From a virus: DNA of 64,000 nt. Positions within the stretch are counted from its first letter, which is position 1. Each line of letters starts with the position of its first letter. Under the pieces are notes generated by a model. That model was not told the DNA's origin, searched no databases, and saw nothing but the letters and a program-made list of their open reading frames with translations. Below are positions 58,484 through 64,000 of this stretch, piece after piece. The stretch spans positions 1 through 64,000 of the IMG/VR virus record IMGVR_UViG_3300021960_000030; one strand, given 5' to 3'. The position numbers and the translations under genes are program-made.

Positions 58484-59722
58484 TTAGACGAGGGACAGAG
58501 GAGGAATGCCTTTCACGAAGATAGCATCAACTACGTTCTGCAGTCGTTTGGTCACTTGCTTACCGTATGTGCGGTGCACAGGGACAGTTACATAACCGAA
58601 AGGTTTCCTGTAAAAGTCAAACTTACCAGGGGTAAGTTCACCGCTGCGAATGCGAGCGGCGTCATCCTTATGTAGACGGATAACACGCCCGATGGTCTGT
58701 GCCATCTCAACAACGTTGAGATTGCGGAGCAGGATGCAGTGAGTCAGTCCAGGAACGTTGATACCTTCAGACAGAATACTGTAGTGGAAGATAACAAACT
58801 TCTTGGTAGGATCGGCACCCCAAGATGTCAGGGTGTTGAAGAACTGCTCACGATTGACTTTCTTATCGTCTACATAGGCACCGAACTTAGAGGTAACGTG
58901 GAGAACATTGTAACCACGATCCTTAAGTTGTTGGAGAAGATCGGTCTGACCGATCATGTTACCTAGCACACGACTAGACGGCACTGCAACAAGAACCTTG
59001 GCAGCATGAGTATCATCGAGATTGTCAATGATGTCCTGCACGGTGTTGCTGTCAACGACATGTGCGTTGACCTTGTTACGAGTATTGTCTGTGGTGAATG
59101 GCACAATCTGGGGAGGGATGATGCTACCGTTGTTGATCAGTTCCGAAGCAGGAACGTTCTCAATGACGGCACCATAGACCTCACGATTGTGCATTCCACG
59201 CTCATGCTTGTGCGAGATGCGAGGAGTAGCAGTGAAGAAGTAGCAACGCTCTGCAACATCAGAGATGGCAAAGGTGCTGGTGAAGAAAGACTTAGCAACA
59301 CTATTGTGTGCCTCGTCAAAGTACACTGCACTGATATTGATGCCTGCATCAACTACACGACCCAGCGAATGATAGGTGGTGAAGATGATGCAGGACTCAC
59401 CTGCTGCACGAGCGGTGTTGTTGAAGAGAGCAATCTTGCTGCTCTTGGTAGAGTGAAAGTAATGGGTTTCACCACTGTGAGCGTGACACACATGCACAGA
59501 CTTGCTGTCAATGAACTGCATGAACTCATCACACAGTTGAGTAGCAAGCAGGATGCGAGGAGCAACAACAACAATCGTAGAAGATTGCTGCAGTTGACAC
59601 AGTGCATCCTGAATCATGATGAAAGTCTTGCCACCGCCAGTAGGGACAATGATTTGACCCTTATCGTTGACTTGCATTGCTGCAAGGGCACGATCTTGGT
59701 GAGGACGAAGAACAACAGTCAT
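58484..59722 (-). CDS. Superfamily II (DEAH) helicase/ATPase
   Basis: LRPHQ, PTGGGKT, DEAH, TATP, SEGINVP and QTIGRVIR. Confidence 0.92.
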   Translation of the reverse strand: MTVVLRPHQDRALAAMQVNDKGQIIVPTGGGKTFIMIQDALCQLQQSSTIVVVAPRILLATQLCDEFMQFIDSKSVHVCHAHSGETHYFHSTKSSKIALFNNTARAAGESCIIFTTYHSLGRVVDAGINISAVYFDEAHNSVAKSFFTSTFAISDVAERCYFFTATPRISHKHERGMHNREVYGAVIENVPASELINNGSIIPPQIVPFTTDNTRNKVNAHVVDSNTVQDIIDNLDDTHAAKVLVAVPSSRVLGNMIGQTDLLQQLKDRGYNVLHVTSKFGAYVDDKKVNREQFFNTLTSWGADPTKKFVIFHYSILSEGINVPGLTHCILLRNLNVVEMAQTIGRVIRLHKDDAARIRSGELTPGKFDFYRKPFGYVTVPVHRTYGKQVTKRLQNVVDAIFVKGIPPLSLV

Positions 59723-59746
59723 GTATGTGGATCGCTCAACAGAAAT

Positions 59747-59805
59747 AATATACTACCACACCTCACCAGTCGGTGAAAACAGGGTGCACTTCGCAAACTG
59801 TCACA
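59747..59805 (-). promoter_or_regulatory. Early promoter copy 8 (palindrome plus TATATT) upstream of the helicase
   Basis: GGTGCACTT at ~59783, ACTGTCACA 59797-59805. Confidence 0.6.
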
Positions 59806-59939
59806 CCACCCCTCTTGAGGTGCTTTTCCCATTCAATCGCATCAACTAGCGTCAGAAACGTCGCTGTAACTTGCGAAGTATGCCCTTTCTTCTTCTGTCT
59901 CTTCCAAATAACGTTGTATTTCTTCGCGTTTGATGTCAT
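59763..59939 (-). CDS. 58-aa basic hypothetical protein; not in ORF track
   Basis: MTSNAKKYNVIWKRQKKKGHTSQVTATFLTLVDAIEWEKHL.. Confidence 0.6.
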   Translation of the reverse strand: MTSNAKKYNVIWKRQKKKGHTSQVTATFLTLVDAIEWEKHLKRGGVTVCEVHPVFTDW

Positions 59940-59990
59940 AAACAGAGGGAAGTTGCTTAGCGTTTGAATGTTGCGGATCTTGTTGGGGAC

Positions 59991-60326
59991 TCATTGGGGG
60001 CGCTCTCCTTCAGGTAGCATATCGTTGCCAGGATGTTCAGGAATGTAACCATGGTATGCTTTGTGATTGTAGAAGTGTGAATCTTCTATTTCAATCTCAT
60101 CCCAATCATGTTGATAGATTAGCAAACAACATTGTGTTGTTGGTTGTCTAGCAGATGGGTCACCGTGTTCATATTCATGAAAACACATTGAGATGTAATC
60201 ATTACAGGTAAAGCAGATGTAACCCTCTAAACCTTTGTACCGAATGGGTGATCCGATCTCAAGTGATTTCAAGATGTTCCTGATCTCCAGGGCAACTGAC
60301 TCTGAGATTAGCAGGGGTGTGGTCAT
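59991..60326 (-). CDS. Hypothetical protein
   Basis: ATGA-coupled; GYICFTCNDYISMC..CCLLIY. Confidence 0.7.
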   Translation of the reverse strand: MTTPLLISESVALEIRNILKSLEIGSPIRYKGLEGYICFTCNDYISMCFHEYEHGDPSARQPTTQCCLLIYQHDWDEIEIEDSHFYNHKAYHGYIPEHPGNDMLPEGERPQ

Positions 60327-60955
60327 ATTGTCAACCTATTGGTACAGTCTCCGTACTGTCCATGCAACCAATAGTTGAACGCAACACTATACCGATCCGA
60401 CAGACTTCGGTTAGGTTCAACACTATGCTCTACAGTTGATGGGAACAGCAATATCAATGCTTCCTCAGCAGGTATAGACCAGCACGATGAGTTGTAGACA
60501 TTGTGCTCAACAATATCAGGTCTCATTGCTGGTGTTGTATATGTGTCACGATTGGAATCTGCGTGAAACAATATATCCCCACAGTTGGGTGGCGTCTTTA
60601 TGTATATGACACCACTATACATTGAGTTGCAATGTGTATGTTTGTGTGCAGAATGACCTATTTTGTGTCTAGTTGCCCACGAACAATGATGCCGTGCTAC
60701 ATATCTCTTATCGAAGCACAGTATGTTATACAAATAGTGATTCAGATGTCTCTCAACCAGTGCCTTTAACTCTGGGCACCCATCTAATAGTCTTTGGTTG
60801 GAAGTATTCTCACCATTCTTCTCTTGTGGGTCAGAATAATACTCCTGATTAACAACATACTCCACTATCTCTGTAGACAGTGGAGCATTGCGAGACACAT
60901 ATAATGGATTGTTGAACAGTGGAAAGACTGATCTATCGTAATCACCTAAGTTCAT
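60323..60955 (-). CDS. Putative 2OG-Fe(II) oxygenase, TIGR02466-like
   Basis: HTHCNSMYSGVIYI, LLFPSTVEHSVEPN and RYSVAFN. Confidence 0.88.
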   Translation of the reverse strand: MNLGDYDRSVFPLFNNPLYVSRNAPLSTEIVEYVVNQEYYSDPQEKNGENTSNQRLLDGCPELKALVERHLNHYLYNILCFDKRYVARHHCSWATRHKIGHSAHKHTHCNSMYSGVIYIKTPPNCGDILFHADSNRDTYTTPAMRPDIVEHNVYNSSCWSIPAEEALILLFPSTVEHSVEPNRSLSDRYSVAFNYWLHGQYGDCTNRLTI

Positions 60956-61560
60956 AGCACCAAATCTCGTGTGGGTGCACTGAAGTCACCCTTCATGATT
61001 ACATTAAATCCTAATGAATATCTATCTTGTATAGACTCATTGTATCCTGTGTAGTGGTCTACATGTGCAGGGAAGCATACAATCATGCCACGCTCAGGTA
61101 CAATCTGCCAGATGCGTGAGTTGAATATATTATTCTCCCATGTTCGTGGTTCCAATGTACCTGTGTTCCATGTGGCATGATTATATGATGCCTCAAAGAT
61201 AATGTTGCCACTATCATCAGGCACGTCAAGATACAGGCAACCTGTGAACATACTATTGGTATGTCCATGCCTGTCTGCTCTTTCACCTGGGCGATGTTTA
61301 TTCACCCATGAGCATACAATCTCACACGTCACTCGATCATCAATAGCGAGGACATTGTGAGCATAGTGGGCAATATGTCCAAGACAAATGTGATGCAGTT
61401 GTGGATACCTTCGTAAAATCTGAGTATCAACAGTCTGCATCCCATCTGCCCGCTTGGGGTAATCCTTATATTCTTCCTGTTTGATTAAATCTATCTCATC
61501 TTGTGGAATGTCATAGGTGTCAACAAATACAGGTGTGGAGAATATAGGAAAGACAGTCAT
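60952..61560 (-). CDS. Putative 2OG-Fe(II) oxygenase, TIGR02466-like
   Basis: HGHTNSMFTGCLYL, CFPAHVDHYTGYN and RYSLGFN. Confidence 0.88.
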   Translation of the reverse strand: MTVFPIFSTPVFVDTYDIPQDEIDLIKQEEYKDYPKRADGMQTVDTQILRRYPQLHHICLGHIAHYAHNVLAIDDRVTCEIVCSWVNKHRPGERADRHGHTNSMFTGCLYLDVPDDSGNIIFEASYNHATWNTGTLEPRTWENNIFNSRIWQIVPERGMIVCFPAHVDHYTGYNESIQDRYSLGFNVIMKGDFSAPTRDLVL

Positions 61561-61796
61561 TTTTCAGTGGGTTCAAGATGTAATGTAGTAACGATCTCAT
61601 GAATCGTAGCACGTTGTTTAGGACTGATGTCTCCCTGCCTTTTATAGAGGTCAGAGAGTAATAGTAACATTGCCCTCTTAAGTAATCCTTTTGCCTCGTG
61701 ACTAAGTTGTGCTGACTTGAGGAACATCGGTCTCGTTCTCCTTACGAGTTTCGTAGTATTGTCCGACGATAGTGACACGGTTGCCCTTGAAACCAA
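61557..61796 (-). CDS. Small hypothetical protein (true start probably the internal MFLKSAQ)
   Basis: Fills the gap between the lyase and an oxygenase; ATGA overlap downstream. Confidence 0.55.
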   Translation of the reverse strand: MVSRATVSLSSDNTTKLVRRTRPMFLKSAQLSHEAKGLLKRAMLLLLSDLYKRQGDISPKQRATIHEIVTTLHLEPTEK

Positions 61797-62211
61797 TCGT
61801 CTGTCGTAATCTTACCGTGTCATTATGTAAAAGTCGAATCTCTTCACGAAATCTTTGTTTTCCATATTCTGTATCAAAGAGGATAGTATCCTCATCAATC
61901 ATAGTTACATCAGTCATGGTGGGACTGGAGGTCATATATCCCTGAGAGCGATACATCTTCCCATCCTTACTATTGATTCCGACAAGCATCTCACCAGATG
62001 AAGCAGGTTCACCTGAACTATATTTAACAGTTTCCCATCCAAACTTTACATAATAGTCACTGTGGACATCTTCTGGGATGACTGCTTTCTCAGCATCATT
62101 TAGTTCACCAACGAGGAGTTCACTGGTCATGAGTTCTGCACTCTCACCATACAAATATCTACGGTGGGAATGCCATTCACCTTTCGATCTATCGAACCAT
62201 TGTGTAATCAT
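61702..62211 (-). CDS. Phycobiliprotein (bilin) lyase, CpcS/CpeS (S/U-type, CpcV-like) family
   Basis: WFDRSKGEWHSHRRY, GKMYRSQGY, TEYG..FREEIRLL..RLRQT and GQYYETR match the S-type lyase pattern FF.S.G.W.S.R / G.L.R..GY / T.Y....EE.....R.R / E.R. Confidence 0.75.
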   Translation of the reverse strand: MITQWFDRSKGEWHSHRRYLYGESAELMTSELLVGELNDAEKAVIPEDVHSDYYVKFGWETVKYSSGEPASSGEMLVGINSKDGKMYRSQGYMTSSPTMTDVTMIDEDTILFDTEYGKQRFREEIRLLHNDTVRLRQTIGFKGNRVTIVGQYYETRKENETDVPQVSTT

Positions 62212-62744
62212 ACTGACCTCTTCAGATTTACATTTAGAACGACACGAATGCCTTCCTTGGGTGGTGTTGATGCATGTAGAATATGTCCAGGGAAATGTAC
62301 TACACGACCCTGCCTACAGTCTACACTATCAGTGAGTTCTAGTCTGTCATTGAAGAACAACGTGGGTGCTTTTTCGTTTTCAGTTATATACCACAACACC
62401 ACGTCATGTTCCTCACTGAAGTCTACATGTGGTTTGTTATGTTTCTTCTTGGTAGGATACAACAAACCCAATCGTGCACGATATATATCCTCATGACTAT
62501 ATCCATACAGACTTGCAAACTGACACAACTCTAGATGAAATAGATCATAGTATGGTGATCGTACCTCATAGTCCATCTTTAATAGATGCATGAATGCACC
62601 ACCACCAGAGGGCACAAGGTCTGTGGCATCAGGTATATAATGCCATGGAAACTCAGGCGAGGTAACTATACGTTCAATCTCTTTTGTTGCTACATCAGAG
62701 ATTAAGTGCGTATTGATTTCTGTCTGGTTTGTTCTCAGGATCAT
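62208..62744 (-). CDS. 2OG-Fe(II) oxygenase
   Basis: FPWHY, PHVD, GRVVHFPGHILHASTPP and RVVLNVN. Confidence 0.85.
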   Translation of the reverse strand: MILRTNQTEINTHLISDVATKEIERIVTSPEFPWHYIPDATDLVPSGGGAFMHLLKMDYEVRSPYYDLFHLELCQFASLYGYSHEDIYRARLGLLYPTKKKHNKPHVDFSEEHDVVLWYITENEKAPTLFFNDRLELTDSVDCRQGRVVHFPGHILHASTPPKEGIRVVLNVNLKRSV

Positions 62745-63387
62745 GCCAACATGGAATACTTAGGGACAGTCGTTCTTGATCAGGACGAGCACAATGATAG
62801 CAGCGTGATGGTATATACAACATGTCTCCAGGTTGTAGTACCGTATCGATTGCAGGTGTTACTTCATCCTTACTAGGATTATAGGGGAATCCAGTATATT
62901 TGACAAGTGTACTCACTCTCTCATTATATACTGTCCAGTGTGTCTCACCATGTATTTGCATGATGAAGTTTGCTGGTTGATCCCAATGAATCTTGAATGA
63001 ACTTGCACCACCTAATGCACCATAAATGTGTGCATCACATGCTACATCGAATGTACCCTCAATCCTACGCAGCAATGCATTAACACGAGCATTGTGATGA
63101 CCATACTTAGCGATCACAAATGTGTTGTTCCTATTGACAAGTTCAAAGATAACTTTCTTGTCTGGATGCCAGTTACCATGCCACGGGTGAGGCACAGTGG
63201 GCATAGGAACTTTGGTGTTGTTGTTATCTAAAATCTCAACATTATACACCCAGGGATTGTTTAGGCAATGCTCAACATCTGCCCAGTGCACATACTCTGT
63301 GGGTGTGTCACATACACCCTTGAATAACATCGGGGTGTCACCACATGTGTAGTGGTTAGGATTCAGAAATGGATACGAAATGGACAT
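62695..63387 (-). CDS. JmjC/cupin (ROX/YcfD-like) hydroxylase
   Basis: AHIY..SFKIHWD..NFIMQIHGETHW..LQPGDMLYIPSRCYH..RLSLSI. Confidence 0.85.
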   Translation of the reverse strand: MSISYPFLNPNHYTCGDTPMLFKGVCDTPTEYVHWADVEHCLNNPWVYNVEILDNNNTKVPMPTVPHPWHGNWHPDKKVIFELVNRNNTFVIAKYGHHNARVNALLRRIEGTFDVACDAHIYGALGGASSFKIHWDQPANFIMQIHGETHWTVYNERVSTLVKYTGFPYNPSKDEVTPAIDTVLQPGDMLYIPSRCYHCARPDQERLSLSIPCWHDPENKPDRNQYALNL

Positions 63388-64000
63388 TTAGATTCCCTCT
63401 TCATGATTAAATCCCAGGACTTATATGGTGCCCAGTGTTTGAGTTGCTGATCCTGTTTGATCCTTTCTAGTTTATCAGGAGATGGTGTCTTTCTACTCAG
63501 TTTGAATGTATCTTTACCACGCACAAACTTAGCATGAAAGATAGGTGTGCCACGTTTGATTACTATATCGTCATCAATACGATGAGGAACAATACCAATG
63601 GGCAACGATCTCATCCATGATGAGACAGGAAATGTGCCAGGGACAACACTAAACCCATGTTGTGCAACTGTGGGGTGTCCAGTATATTCTACCCACACAT
63701 TCTTGGCATCAGTCCAGAACAATGTATTGTATCTGATTTGTATCTCAGGCAGTTCATCATTCCACCAGTTAGGACTAATCATGAACAGATCTTGGAGTTT
63801 ATCTCCATGCGTATCAGATCCGATCATGCGATGCTCATTGCTACACCTGAAGTGTAGATCAAATGGGAAATAGAATGTCCACCTATTCTTACACCACTCT
63901 TTGTGTGCTGGGCAATACATATGGTCGTGAGACTTTATCCCATCATTGTATGCAATGGTGGGTGTAATCTCCCAATCTTCAGCAAAGGTAGGAATCTGGT
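63363..64000 (-). CDS. Hypothetical protein, 5'-truncated by the window end
   Basis: Frame stays open upstream of the ATG at 63920 to the window end; YCPA, VVPGTFPVSSW.R, IKRGTPI and KCPF motifs. Confidence 0.7.
   Translation of the reverse strand, partial: QIPTFAEDWEITPTIAYNDGIKSHDHMYCPAHKEWCKNRWTFYFPFDLHFRCSNEHRMIGSDTHGDKLQDLFMISPNWWNDELPEIQIRYNTLFWTDAKNVWVEYTGHPTVAQHGFSVVPGTFPVSSWMRSLPIGIVPHRIDDDIVIKRGTPIFHAKFVRGKDTFKLSRKTPSPDKLERIKQDQQLKHWAPYKSWDLIMKRESKCPFRIHF

Noticed and set aside
58484-59722. Calling the helicase uvsW or a type III restriction subunit
   Set aside because: Only generic SF2 motifs are recognisable, with no nuclease domain or Mod gene nearby.
52186-59805. CRISPR-like array from the recurring GTGGACAG..CTGTCAC motif
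   Set aside because: Copies are degenerate, hundreds of bases apart, separated by genes and tied to -10 boxes.
1-64000. tRNA or rRNA genes
   Set aside because: No cloverleaf or T-loop signature noticed in the few intergenic gaps; tRNAscan was not run.

Overview
This window is part of a T4-like marine cyanophage (cyanomyovirus) genome, and essentially all real genes are on the minus strand. Positions 1-49 kb are a late structural module: a tail fibre cut by the window start, a DUF4815-type 2451-aa protein, gp8, a gp9/10-like protein with a C-terminal cupredoxin, a YHYH protein, a 7523-aa gp7-like giant, gp6, gp25 and a PAAR tip. Positions 49-64 kb are an early/accessory region of small ORFs, 2OG-Fe(II) oxygenases, a helicase and a lysozyme-family protein, preceded by a repeated palindromic promoter. 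Two candidate systems stand out. (1) The giant baseplate protein carries about 8 phycobiliprotein-like domains that keep the bilin-attachment cysteines, and the window also encodes a CpcS/CpeS-family bilin lyase, suggesting a chromophorylated, possibly light-responsive virion. (2) An EcoRI/MunI-fold endonuclease with no methyltransferase in the window sits in DNA where I could find no AATT, suggesting self-protection by site elimination. Also notable are a nine-level nested domain insertion and a cluster of cyanobacterial-type DnaA boxes. All family assignments come from motif recognition by eye; no searches were run.
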